DNA from: Deferrisomatales bacterium
GTDB taxonomy: Bacteria; Desulfobacterota; Deferrisomatia; Deferrisomatales; JACRMM01
Assembly: GCA_033551855.1 (NCBI GenBank)
Contig: JAWSUI010000003.1
Coordinates: forward strand, 96,772 to 160,771
Direction of reading: 5' to 3'
Length of the DNA: 64,000 nt
This document shows positions 48,654 to 58,106 of this stretch, piece after piece; positions within the stretch are counted from its first letter, which is position 1, and each line of letters begins with the position of its first letter. The notes under the pieces were generated by a model, which was given only the letters and a program-made list of their open reading frames with translations, ran no database searches and was not told the DNA's origin. Position numbers and translations under genes: made by a program.

Positions 48654-49553
48654 TTGAGCCTTACGTCCCTGGTCTTCGTCAAGCAGGTACCGGACACCAA
48701 GAACATCTCCGGCGAGGCGATGAAGCCCGACGGCACGGTGAACCGGGGCGCCCTGCCGGCGATCTTCAACCCCGAGGACCTCAACGCCCTCGAGCTCGCC
48801 CTGGAGCTCAAGGAGCGGTACGGCGGCCGGGTGGCCGTGTGCACCATGGGCCCCCCCGGCGCCGTCAACGTGCTCCGCCACGCCTTGTACATGGGGGCCG
48901 ACGAGGCCATCCTGCTGACCGACCGCAAGTTCGCGGCAGCCGACACCCTGGCCACCAGCTACGCCCTCTCCTGCGCGGCTCGCAAGTTCGGCCCCTTCGA
49001 CCTCGCCCTGTGCGGCCGCCAGGCCATCGACGGCGACACCGCCCAGGTCGGCCCTCAACTCGCCGAGAAGCTGGGCCTGCCCCAGATCACGTACGTGGAG
49101 CAGGTGCTGGCGGTGGAAGACGGGCGCGCCCGGGTGCGCAACCTGATCGAGGGGGGCTACGAGGTCGCGGAGGTGCCGCTGCCGGCCCTCTTCACCGTGC
49201 TGTCTTCCGCGAACACCCCGCGGCCGGCCGGCGCCAGGCGCCTGATGCGCTACAAGAAGGCCGTGACGCGCTCCGAGCTCCTCTCCCGCCACGCGGGCCG
49301 CACCTACGAGAGCGCCGAGTCCCTGGCCGAGGAAGAGGAGCGCCTCAAGGCCCGGGGCCTTTGGATTCACGAGTGGTCCGCAGCCGACGTGGGGGCGGAC
49401 GAGGGCCGGGTCGGCGGGGCCGGCTCCCCCACGAAGGTGAAGAAGGTGGACAGCGTGGTCCTGTCCGGGCGCGACTTCGTGGAGATCGCCCCCACGGAGG
49501 AAGGGATCCGCACCCTGGTCCAGGAGCTCATCGCCGACCACGTGTTCGTCTAG
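48654..49553 (+). CDS. etfB: Electron transfer flavoprotein beta subunit
   Basis: VKQVPDT, NPEDLNALE, MGPP, ADTLATS, GRQAIDGDTAQVGP, GSPTKV; TTG start after GGAGG. Confidence 0.93.
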   Translation: MSLTSLVFVKQVPDTKNISGEAMKPDGTVNRGALPAIFNPEDLNALELALELKERYGGRVAVCTMGPPGAVNVLRHALYMGADEAILLTDRKFAAADTLATSYALSCAARKFGPFDLALCGRQAIDGDTAQVGPQLAEKLGLPQITYVEQVLAVEDGRARVRNLIEGGYEVAEVPLPALFTVLSSANTPRPAGARRLMRYKKAVTRSELLSRHAGRTYESAESLAEEEERLKARGLWIHEWSAADVGADEGRVGGAGSPTKVKKVDSVVLSGRDFVEIAPTEEGIRTLVQELIADHVFV

Positions 49554-49626
49554 GTCGCGCGGCGGAAGGACGGGCTCCCGCCTTCCTGCGATTTCATACG
49601 AGAACCAGCCAAGCGGGCAGGGACAC

Positions 49627-50649
49627 ATGAGCGAAAAGCGCGGCAATGTATGGGTGTTCATCGAGCAGGACGCGGGCAGGATCGCCGACGTGAGCCTGGA
49701 GCTCGTGTGCAAGGGGCGGGAGCTCGCCGGGCGCCTGGGCGTGCGGCTCGAGGCCGTGCTGCTGGGCAACGGGGTCGGCCCCCTGGCGAAGATCCTGCAC
49801 GAGCACGGGTGCGACAACGTGTACGTGGCCGAAGACCCCCGGCTCGAGCCCTTCACCGCCCTGCCCTACACCCGGGTAGTAGCGGGCCTGGCCCAGGAGA
49901 AGCAGCCCGACATCTTCCTCTTCGGCGCCACGGTCACCGGCCGCTCCCTGGCCCCGCGGGTCGCGTCGATGCTGATGGCCGGCCTCACGGCGGACTGCAC
50001 CGACCTCCAGATCGACGACTTCGAGGACCGGATCGGGAAGCGCTCGTTCAAGGACCGGCTGATGCAGATCCGTCCCGCCTTCGGGGGCAACATCATCGCC
50101 ACCATCGCCACGGGGTGGGACGGCCCCCAGATGGTGACGGTGCGTGAGGGGGTGATGCGCCTCACCGAGCCCGAGCCCGGGCGGGCGGGTACGGTGACGC
50201 CCGTGCCCGTGGAGCTCTCGGACGGGGACACGGTGGTGCGCATCATCGAGCGGGTCGTGGAGGACAAGGCCGTCAACCTCAAGGGGGCCCGCATCATCGT
50301 GGCGGGCGGGTACGGGGTCGGGAGCAAGGAGAAGTTCCAACTCGTCCGCGACCTCGCCGAGACCCTTGGGGCGGAGGTGGGGGCCTCCCGGGCGGCGGTG
50401 GACGCCGGGTGGATCGACCACGACCACCAGGTGGGGCAGACCGGGGTGACGGTCCGCCCCAAGCTCTACATCGCCTGCGGCATCAGCGGCTCGGTGCAGC
50501 ACCGGGCCGGGATGGACGGCAGCGCGAAGATCATCGCGATCAACACCGACCCGGCTGCGCCGATCTTCTCGGTCGCCCACTACGGGATCGTGGGGGACCT
50601 GAACGACGTGATCCCCAAGATGATCGAGGCCTATCGGGAAAAGGCCTGA
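49627..50649 (+). CDS. etfA: Electron transfer flavoprotein alpha subunit
   Basis: GLTADCT, RPAFGGN, GASRAAVDAG, QVGQTG, GISGSVQH. Confidence 0.95.
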   Translation: MSEKRGNVWVFIEQDAGRIADVSLELVCKGRELAGRLGVRLEAVLLGNGVGPLAKILHEHGCDNVYVAEDPRLEPFTALPYTRVVAGLAQEKQPDIFLFGATVTGRSLAPRVASMLMAGLTADCTDLQIDDFEDRIGKRSFKDRLMQIRPAFGGNIIATIATGWDGPQMVTVREGVMRLTEPEPGRAGTVTPVPVELSDGDTVVRIIERVVEDKAVNLKGARIIVAGGYGVGSKEKFQLVRDLAETLGAEVGASRAAVDAGWIDHDHQVGQTGVTVRPKLYIACGISGSVQHRAGMDGSAKIIAINTDPAAPIFSVAHYGIVGDLNDVIPKMIEAYREKA

Positions 50650-50668
50650 GAGGTGGTCCTGCATGGGG

Positions 50669-50735
50669 GCCATACCCCCCATACGTCCCACAGGTCCCAT
50701 AGGTCCCATCGCCCCAACCCATAGCCCGCAGCGAG
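50669..50735. repeat. Solo degenerate 9-mer array followed by 7-mer-like units
   Basis: CCCATACGT CCCACAGGT CCCATAGGT CCCATCGCC, then AACCCAT AGCCCGC. Confidence 0.65.
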
Positions 50736-50744
50736 CAGACTCCC

Positions 50745-52478
50745 ATGGCCGAGAACTACTACCGCGACAACCCGGACCTGCGCTTCCACCTGATGCACGT
50801 CGATCTCCGGGACGCGGTGCGGCTCCGGGAGCGAGGCTACGCCGAGGCGGCGGAGTTCGCTGAAGCCCCCGAGTCCTACGAGGACGCCCTCGACAGCTAC
50901 GACCGGGTGCTGGACGTGGTGGGCGAGCTGTGCGGTGAGCAGATCGCCCCGCGGGCGCGGGACGTGGATCTGCACGGGGCGACCTTCCGGGCGGGAACGG
51001 TGTGCTACGCGCCGGGCACCGAGCGGAACCTCGAGGACCTGCGCCGTGCCGAGCTCTCCGGGGTGACCCTCCCAAGGAAGTACGGAGGGCTCAACTTCCC
51101 CACCACCCTCTACACGATGATGATGGAGATGGTCTCCCGGGCGGACGCGAGCCTGCAGAACCTCGTCGGCCTCCAGGACATCGGGGAGACGATCTACCGC
51201 TTCGGCGACGAGGACCAGCACCGGCGCTACCTGCCCCGTTTCGCGAGCGGCGAGGTGGACGGGGCCATGGCCCTCACCGAGCCCGAGGCGGGCAGCGACC
51301 TCCAGGCGGTGCAGATGCGGGCCTGGCAGGACGAGAGCGGCCAGTGGTACCTCAACGGCATGAAGCGGTTCATCACCAACGGGTGCGCCCGGGTGCACCT
51401 GGTGTTGGCCCGCTCCGAGGAGGGGAGCAAGGACGGCCGCGGGCTGTCCATGTTCGTGTGCGAGTCCGGGCCACGGCTCAAGGTTCGGCGCATCGAGGAG
51501 AAGTTCGGCATCCACGGCTCCCCCACCTGCGAGCTCCAGTTCGACGACGTGCCCGCCGAGCTCGTGGGCCAGCGCCGCCGGGGCCTCACCCGCTACGTGA
51601 TGAGCCTCATGAACGGCGCGCGGGTCGCCATCAGCGCCCAGGCCGTGGGGATCGCCGAGGCCGCGTACCGCTCCGGGCTCCTCTACGCCCGGGCGCGGGA
51701 GCAGTTCGGCCACACGATCGACAAGTTCCCGGCGGTCTACGAGATGCTGGTGCGCTCCAAGGTGGAGATCGCCGCGTCGCGCGCGCTGCTCTACGAGACC
51801 ACCCGGTACGTGGACCTGCGGGACTCCTACGAGCACCTGGTGGAGCACCCCGAGGAGTCCCCCGGAGGGGAGGTCACCTCCGAGGACCGCCAGAAGGCCC
51901 GGCTCTACTCCCGCATCGCGGCGGTGCTCACCCCGCTCTCCAAGGCCATGAGCACCGAGATGGCCAACCGGGTGGCCTACGACAGCCTCCAGGTCCACGG
52001 CGGCACGGGGTACATGAAGGACTTCAACGTCGAGCGGTTCTGCCGGGATGCCCGCATCACCAACATCTACGAGGGCACGACCCAGCTCCAGCACGTGGCG
52101 GCCATCGGCGGCGTGGTGCAGCGGGTGCTCGAGCCCCTGATGGAGGAGCTCGCGCACCTGCCCTACGAGGGAAAGCTCCGTCGGCTCGCCAGCTCGGTGG
52201 ACGTAGCCCGCCACAAGCTCAACCGGGCGGTGAAGTACGTCAACGACCGGAAGGACGGCGAGTACCAGGACCTGATGACCCGGCGGCTCTGCAACATGGA
52301 GACGGCGGTCTTCGTGAGCTACCTCCTGCTCCGGGACGCCCTGGCGGACAAGTCGCGGGAGCTCCTGGCCGAGCGCTACATCCTGGACGTCCTGCCCGCG
52401 GTGGACATGGACTGCGAGGTGATCACGTCCGGGGACTACAGCCTCATCGACCAGCGGGAGGAGATCCTGGCCCTGTAG
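50745..52478 (+). CDS. Acyl-CoA dehydrogenase (ETF-linked, long form)
   Basis: ALTEPEAGSD, NGMKRFITNG, GIHGSPTCE, HGGTGY, IYEGTTQLQ. Confidence 0.92.
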   Translation: MAENYYRDNPDLRFHLMHVDLRDAVRLRERGYAEAAEFAEAPESYEDALDSYDRVLDVVGELCGEQIAPRARDVDLHGATFRAGTVCYAPGTERNLEDLRRAELSGVTLPRKYGGLNFPTTLYTMMMEMVSRADASLQNLVGLQDIGETIYRFGDEDQHRRYLPRFASGEVDGAMALTEPEAGSDLQAVQMRAWQDESGQWYLNGMKRFITNGCARVHLVLARSEEGSKDGRGLSMFVCESGPRLKVRRIEEKFGIHGSPTCELQFDDVPAELVGQRRRGLTRYVMSLMNGARVAISAQAVGIAEAAYRSGLLYARAREQFGHTIDKFPAVYEMLVRSKVEIAASRALLYETTRYVDLRDSYEHLVEHPEESPGGEVTSEDRQKARLYSRIAAVLTPLSKAMSTEMANRVAYDSLQVHGGTGYMKDFNVERFCRDARITNIYEGTTQLQHVAAIGGVVQRVLEPLMEELAHLPYEGKLRRLASSVDVARHKLNRAVKYVNDRKDGEYQDLMTRRLCNMETAVFVSYLLLRDALADKSRELLAERYILDVLPAVDMDCEVITSGDYSLIDQREEILAL

Positions 52479-52673
52479 CTGTAGGGCGAAGACCCTGGCC
52501 CCTGCGGTGAAGGTCCCCGACGGGTGCCCTTTTTTCGCTGCCGGGTCCGGGACCCGGGAGTGCAGCCCCGCACCGCATCCACCGACCCGACGAGGCCGGC
52601 GCAAGCGGGTGAGTTGCCCATGACCATCGGGTCGCCCCGAGGGATGAAACGCCGACCAGTCGCGGGCCGGTTG

Positions 52674-52710
52674 CCCTCACCCCAGGCCCCTTTCCCGGGG
52701 GGAGAGGGGA
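52674..52710. repeat. Palindromic extragenic unit (CCCTCACCCC...CCC/GGGAGAGGG type)
   Basis: CCCTCACCCCAGGCCCCTTTCCCGGGGGGAGAGGGGA. Confidence 0.5.
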
Positions 52711-52961
52711 TTCAAGGAAGGTGGTCTTCTTTATAGGCCGGCCGCACCGGGGACTGCTGGGACACTTCGTCGAAGTGTCGCGGATTGCGGGGCGAAACGC
52801 AGGGGCTCCCGGACTCCGCTCGCCGACGAGCCCGTGGATCGAGGGGACTGCGCCGTGTTGAGCCTGTCGGCGAAACCGCGTAAGATCCCGGGCGGCGACG
52901 GTCGGTCGTCCCCTTCCCACCTCCGGGCGGGCCGCCCCCCGCCGAGATTCGGGGGTTTCCT

Positions 52962-54746
52962 GTGTCCACCGCGTCTCTCCGGGCCCTCGCCCAGAGCGCC
53001 CTCCTCCGGCTGCACGGCCTGAGGCCCAGCGAGAACACCGCCCTCCTGGCAATGGCCGTGGCGGTGGGCCTGCTGGCCGGGGTGGGCAACCTCGCCTTCC
53101 GCCGCCTCATCGATCTCTTCCACTTCCTGGTCTTTCAGGAGGGGGGACAATGGCTGGGGGTCCACACCGGGTTCCCCGCCGTGCTCCTCCTGCCCCTGCT
53201 CCCCACGGCGGGGGCCGTGCTCCTCGCGCCCCTGGACCTCTTCTTCCCCGGGGAGATACGGGGATACGGCCTGCCCAGGTTCCTCGAGGCGGTCAACCTC
53301 AAAGGGGCGGTGTTCCGCGCCCGGGCCATGGTGGGGAAGTCCCTTGCGGCGGCGATCACCATCGGCACCGGGGGCTCGGCCGGGATGGAAGGTCCCATCG
53401 CGGCCATCGGCGGAGCCCTCGGCTCCCTGGTGGGGCAGGGGCTCCGGGTAAGCCACGAGCGGCTCCGCACCCTGGTGGCCTGCGGGGTGGCGGCCGGAGT
53501 GGGGGGAACCTTCAACGCCCCCATCGCCGGGGTCTTCTTCGCCCAGGAGATCGTCCTCCTTCGCTCCTTCGAGGCGACCAGCTTCACTCCCATCGTCATC
53601 AGCTCCGCCATCGGGACCCTGGTGACCCGCGCCGTCGAGGGGAACCACCCCGCCTTCCGCGTCCCCCACTACGCCCTCCACAGCCCCTGGGAAGTGATCT
53701 TCTACGCCATCCTGGGGGTCATCGTGGGGCTCGCCGCGGTCCACTTCATCCGCAGCTTCTACGCCCTGGCGGACCGCTTCGCCGCCTGGCGGGCTCCGGA
53801 GCGCCTCAAGCCGATCGCCGGCGCCTTCGCGACCGGGGTCGTGGGCATCGCCCTGCCCCAGGTGCTGGGAAACGGCTACGAGCACGTGGAGCTCGCCCTG
53901 GCGGGACAGATGGGGGGCCTGCTCCTGCTCGTGGTCGCGGCAGCCAAGGTCTACGCCACGGGGCTCACCCTGGGCTCCGGGAACGCGGGGGGCGTGTTCG
54001 CCCCGAGCCTCTTCGTGGGGGCCATGCTGGGTGGGGCGTACGGAACCCTGGTCACCGCCCTCTTCCCCGGGACCTCCGCCGGACCAGGGGCGTACGCCCT
54101 GGTGGGCATGGGAGGATTCCTGGCCGCGGCCACCCACGCCCCCATGACCGCCATCTTCCTCATCTTCGAGATGACCCACGAGTACTCGGTCATCCTCCCG
54201 ATCATGGTGGCCTGCGTCATCGGGTACACGGTTTCCCGCTACTTCCAGAAGGACTCCATCGACACCCTGGAGCTCGCCCGACGGGGCATCCACCTGGAGG
54301 AGGGGCGGGAGGTGAGCGTGCTCCAGGCCATCCAAGCGGGCGATGTCATGAACCCGGGGGTGGAAGGCATCCCGGAGGGCATGCCCCTCAGAGAGATCCT
54401 CCAGTTCATCCCCCGCTCCCGGCACATGACCTTCCCGGTGGTGGACGCCCAGGGACGCCTCGCGGGCATCCTGAGCCTGCAGGACTTCCGGGAGATCGCC
54501 TACGAGGAGGGCCTGGAGGACCTGGTGGTGGCCGGGGAGCTGGCCACCCGGGAGGTCATCACGGTCTTCCCGGACGAGAGCCTGCGGGACGCCCTGGGGA
54601 AGATCGGCGTGCGCAACTTCGAGCACCTGCCCGTGGTGAGCCGGGAGGACCCCCGGCGCATCCTGGGCATGCTCTCCCGCCGCGACATCGTGACGGCCTA
54701 CAACAAGGCGCTGATCGACCGGAGCCTCCGGGGCGAGGAGGCCTGA
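52962..54746 (+). CDS. CLC-family chloride channel/transporter with CBS pair
   Basis: GYGLP, GGSAGMEGP, FNAPIAG, GGVFAPSL, two C-terminal CBS domains. Confidence 0.92.
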   Translation: MSTASLRALAQSALLRLHGLRPSENTALLAMAVAVGLLAGVGNLAFRRLIDLFHFLVFQEGGQWLGVHTGFPAVLLLPLLPTAGAVLLAPLDLFFPGEIRGYGLPRFLEAVNLKGAVFRARAMVGKSLAAAITIGTGGSAGMEGPIAAIGGALGSLVGQGLRVSHERLRTLVACGVAAGVGGTFNAPIAGVFFAQEIVLLRSFEATSFTPIVISSAIGTLVTRAVEGNHPAFRVPHYALHSPWEVIFYAILGVIVGLAAVHFIRSFYALADRFAAWRAPERLKPIAGAFATGVVGIALPQVLGNGYEHVELALAGQMGGLLLLVVAAAKVYATGLTLGSGNAGGVFAPSLFVGAMLGGAYGTLVTALFPGTSAGPGAYALVGMGGFLAAATHAPMTAIFLIFEMTHEYSVILPIMVACVIGYTVSRYFQKDSIDTLELARRGIHLEEGREVSVLQAIQAGDVMNPGVEGIPEGMPLREILQFIPRSRHMTFPVVDAQGRLAGILSLQDFREIAYEEGLEDLVVAGELATREVITVFPDESLRDALGKIGVRNFEHLPVVSREDPRRILGMLSRRDIVTAYNKALIDRSLRGEEA

Positions 54747-56954
54747 GTGCACCTGCAGACCCCAGAGGACCTCCGGCGCCAGCTCAACCCCGCCCAGTGG
54801 GAAGCCGTGGCCCACACGGAGGGGCCGCTGCTCATCCTGGCGGGCGCCGGCAGCGGCAAGACCCGAGTGCTCACCTTCCGCATCGCCTACCTCGTGGCGT
54901 TTGCCGGCGTAGACCCCCGGGCGGTCCTCGCCCTCACCTTCACCAACAAGGCGGCGCGGGAGATGCGCCGCAGGGTCGAGGCCCTCCTCGGCAGCCGGGC
55001 GGCGGGCGCGTGGGTCGGGACCTTTCACGGGACCTGCCTGAGGATCCTGCGCAGCCACGCCCACCTCCTGGCGGCGGGACCCGACTTCGCCGTGTACGAC
55101 GGGGACGACCAGAAGAAGCTCGCCCAGACCGTGGTCGCGGACCTGGGCCTGGACCCCAAGCGCTACGCCCCCGCGGCGCTGCTCCACCGGGTCCACCGGG
55201 CAAAGGACGAGGGGAGGGGCCCGGACGCCGTGGAAGTCCCCCCCCACGCCCCGGGGGCCCGTGCCTTCCGGGACTTCTACACCGTCTACCAGGACCGCCT
55301 CCGGGGGGCGCGGGCCCTGGACTTCGGGGACCTCCTCCTGGAGACCGTGCGCCTCTTCCGGGCGCACCCGGACGTGGCGGACCACTACCGCCGGCGGTTC
55401 TCCCACCTGCTCATCGACGAGTACCAGGACACCAACCGGGTCCAGTACTGGTTCGCCCGGGAGATCGCCTCGGGCCACGGGAACCTCTGCGTCGTGGGCG
55501 ACGACGACCAATCGATCTACGGCTGGCGCGGGGCCGACCTCCGCAACATCCTCTCCTTCGAGGAGGACTTCCCCGGCGCCCGGACGGTGAAGCTGGAGCA
55601 GAACTACCGCAGCACCCAGGCGATCCTGGAGGCGGCCTCCGCCGTGGTGTCGCGAAACCTCTCCCGCCACCCCAAGACCCTCTGGACGGGGAGGGAGGGA
55701 GGCGACCCCGTGCGGGTCCACGAGGCCGCCACCGAGGAGGAGGAAGCGGCCTGGGTTGCCGACACCGTGCAGGAGGCGGTCGCCCGGGGACTCCACTGCT
55801 CGGACGTGGCCGTCCTCTACCGGATGCACGCCCTCTCGCGCCCCTTCGAGGAGGCGTTCCTGCGCCGGCGCATCCCCTACGTGGTCTATGGGGGGCTGCG
55901 CTTCTACGACCGCCGGGAGGTCAAGGACGCCCTGGCCTACCTGCGTCTCGTGGTCAACCCCGACGACCCGGTGGCGTTCCACCGCGTGGTGAACACCCCG
56001 CCCCGGGGCATCGGCCGCGCCACCGTGGACCTGGTGGAGGGCCTGGCCCGGAGGGAGGGGATCGGCCTGGGCCCGGCGCTGGAGCGGGCCGTCGAGGACG
56101 GGGTGCTCCCCACCCGGGGCGCCCGTGCGGCCGCCGCCTTCGCCGCCGCGCTCCAGGGCTGGAGGGAAGGCGCGGCGACCGCGACCCTGCGGGAGCTCCT
56201 GGTCCGGATCCTGGAAGAGTCGGGCTACGCGGACTTTCTGAAGGGCGAGGGGCCGGAGCAGGCCGAGGAGCGCCTCCAGAACCTCGAGGAGCTCCTCAAC
56301 GCGGCCGAGGCCTTCGAGGCGGAGGAGCAGGGGGGGCTGCGGGCGTTCCTGGACCGGGCCGCCCTGGTCACCGACCAGGACTTGGGCCCGGACCGGGCGG
56401 ACGTGGTGACCCTGATGACCCTCCACTCCGCCAAGGGCCTCGAGTACCCGGTGGTGTTCGTGACCGGGATGGAGGAGGGGGTCTTCCCCCACCACCGCAG
56501 CTCGGACTCTTCCCGAGAGCTGGAGGAGGAGCGGCGGCTGTGCTACGTGGGCATCACCCGGGCCCAGGACCACCTCTACCTGACCCGGGCACGGGTTCGC
56601 CGGGTCTACGGGGCCGAGGGGTTCTTGCGCCCCCCGAGCCGGTTCCTCGAAGAGCTGCCCGCGGGGGTCTTCCGGAGGCGGACCGCTCCGGTGACCCCGG
56701 CCTGGGACTCCCCGGCGGCGCCGTGGTCGCCGGGAGAGGAGGAGGCCGAGGGGGGCCGGTTCCTCGTCCCCGAACCCGGCGAGGAGGAGTTCCGCCCCGG
56801 CATGCGGGTGCGCCACCCCCGCTACGGGGCGGGGCTCGTGACGGCGGTGGACGGCCGGGGGCCCCGGGCCAAGGTGGCGGTGCGCTTCGCGGGAGGCGAG
56901 GCGAAGAAGTTCGTTGCGGCCCTGGCCGGGCTGGAGGTGGCCGTGGATGACTGA
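54747..56954 (+). CDS. uvrD: ATP-dependent DNA helicase UvrD/PcrA
   Basis: AGAGSGKTRVL, TFTNKAA, DEYQDTN, VGDDDQSIY, QNYRS, TLHSAKGLE, EERRLCYVGITRA, C-terminal Tudor-like domain. Confidence 0.95.
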   Translation: MHLQTPEDLRRQLNPAQWEAVAHTEGPLLILAGAGSGKTRVLTFRIAYLVAFAGVDPRAVLALTFTNKAAREMRRRVEALLGSRAAGAWVGTFHGTCLRILRSHAHLLAAGPDFAVYDGDDQKKLAQTVVADLGLDPKRYAPAALLHRVHRAKDEGRGPDAVEVPPHAPGARAFRDFYTVYQDRLRGARALDFGDLLLETVRLFRAHPDVADHYRRRFSHLLIDEYQDTNRVQYWFAREIASGHGNLCVVGDDDQSIYGWRGADLRNILSFEEDFPGARTVKLEQNYRSTQAILEAASAVVSRNLSRHPKTLWTGREGGDPVRVHEAATEEEEAAWVADTVQEAVARGLHCSDVAVLYRMHALSRPFEEAFLRRRIPYVVYGGLRFYDRREVKDALAYLRLVVNPDDPVAFHRVVNTPPRGIGRATVDLVEGLARREGIGLGPALERAVEDGVLPTRGARAAAAFAAALQGWREGAATATLRELLVRILEESGYADFLKGEGPEQAEERLQNLEELLNAAEAFEAEEQGGLRAFLDRAALVTDQDLGPDRADVVTLMTLHSAKGLEYPVVFVTGMEEGVFPHHRSSDSSRELEEERRLCYVGITRAQDHLYLTRARVRRVYGAEGFLRPPSRFLEELPAGVFRRRTAPVTPAWDSPAAPWSPGEEEAEGGRFLVPEPGEEEFRPGMRVRHPRYGAGLVTAVDGRGPRAKVAVRFAGGEAKKFVAALAGLEVAVDD

Positions 56955-56972
56955 ACGGCCGGGGCGCTGACG

Positions 56973-57242
56973 GTGGCCTTCGCGGGAAACCCGAGGAAAT
57001 ACGCGGCCGACATCGGGGAGGGGTACGTACTGCTCAGCCCCGTGCTCCTGCGCGCCTACGACCTCGGCGCCCTCCGGGAGCTCAAGCTCGCCCTGGACCT
57101 CGAGCTCCGCGACACCCGCGGCCAGGCGCCGTCCTCCGACGACCTGCGGGCCGTCCAGGCCAAACAGCGCCGCGTCATGCGCCTCAACCAGGCCCTGGGG
57201 GTGCTGCGCGCCTTCGCGCTGAAGCGGCGGCTGGCGTTGTGA
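56973..57242 (+). CDS. Small hypothetical protein
   Basis: 89-aa helical ORF co-directional with uvrD, with GC3-rich codons. Confidence 0.6.
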   Translation: MAFAGNPRKYAADIGEGYVLLSPVLLRAYDLGALRELKLALDLELRDTRGQAPSSDDLRAVQAKQRRVMRLNQALGVLRAFALKRRLAL

Positions 57243-57257
57243 GGCCGAAAAAGAGGG

Positions 57258-57731
57258 TCACAGGGACCGCTGGAGCTCCCCGGGAAGCAGGGAGACCTCC
57301 CCTTCATAATCGAAGGGGAGCCGACCGTAGCCCCGCAGGTTCACGTGGCCACGGAGCTGGTAGCGAAAAGGCTGGGCTTGGGTGCGCTCGAGCTCGGTGA
57401 GCTGGCGGAACACGCCGAAGAGCGTGCTGGTAGCCTCCACCTGCACCGCGGCGGTGGCGTAAGCCGGCACGGTGACGGCCTGGTTGGTCACGCCGGTTGC
57501 GAAGCGCTGACCGTTGAGGAGGATCTCGCAGGCCATCCCCTCGATGGCCAAGGCGAAGTCGTTGGGGTTCTGGAGCTGGAAGTCCAGGAGGTACCGCTGG
57601 GAGAAGAGGGTGGCACCCTCCAGGCGCAGGTCGGTGAGCACCAGGGCCGGGGGCTCCGGGCGCGTCGTCAGGCCGGCACAGGAAGCAAGCAGCAGGAAGA
57701 GCGCCGCCAGCAGTTGCCAAGAGCGGTACAT
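57258..57731 (-). CDS. LEA type 2 / WHy-domain lipoprotein
   Basis: Lipobox LASC, then QNPNDFAL and FATG motifs. Confidence 0.85.
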   Translation of the reverse strand: MYRSWQLLAALFLLLASCAGLTTRPEPPALVLTDLRLEGATLFSQRYLLDFQLQNPNDFALAIEGMACEILLNGQRFATGVTNQAVTVPAYATAAVQVEATSTLFGVFRQLTELERTQAQPFRYQLRGHVNLRGYGRLPFDYEGEVSLLPGELQRSL

Positions 57732-57873
57732 GTTGCCCATCATGCCCCCCTTGGTCCCGGGCTGCAAGCCTCCCACCCCCCAAGAGAGGGGAGGACCGCC
57801 GACGGGAAAACCTGTCGCGCGGGGCCGCCTCGGCCGATACGCGTCTCGATCGCGGCGCGAACCGCTCTTTTGC

Positions 57874-58082
57874 GGCTCATCCGGGAAATGACCGGGGGCT
57901 CGTGTCCAAGGACGACCGGGTGGGCCCGGCCACGCAGGCGGGCGGCCGCTCGACGGGAGCAGCCACTTCGGGAGCCGCGACGTCGCGAGGATTCCGGATG
58001 CGCTGCGGGAGCGCACCTGCCGTACAGTCCGGCATCGTCCGCCGGAGGGGGCGGGCCCACCCGGTCGTTTACCGGAAGAACC
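57874..58082. mobile_element. MITE, 209 bp, copy 2; 8-bp TSD TCTTTTGC
   Basis: Same length as copy 1 with about 16 substitutions; TCTTTTGC at 57866-57873 and 58083-58090. Confidence 0.9.
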
Positions 58083-58106
58083 TCTTTTGCTGAAGGAGGA
58101 GATGTC

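Noticed and set aside
52860..52961. Fluoride riboswitch / CLC-F exporter
   Set aside because: GGCGACGG...TCGTC only loosely resembles P1, the downstream conserved segment is missing, and the protein lacks the GNNLI and GREGT signatures.
52731..56816. Very long antisense or alternate-frame ORFs (e.g. 1361 aa here, 4277-6616, 15293-17446, 53150-56950)
   Set aside because: Shadow ORFs caused by high GC3; they overlap well-supported genes and carry no recognisable motifs.
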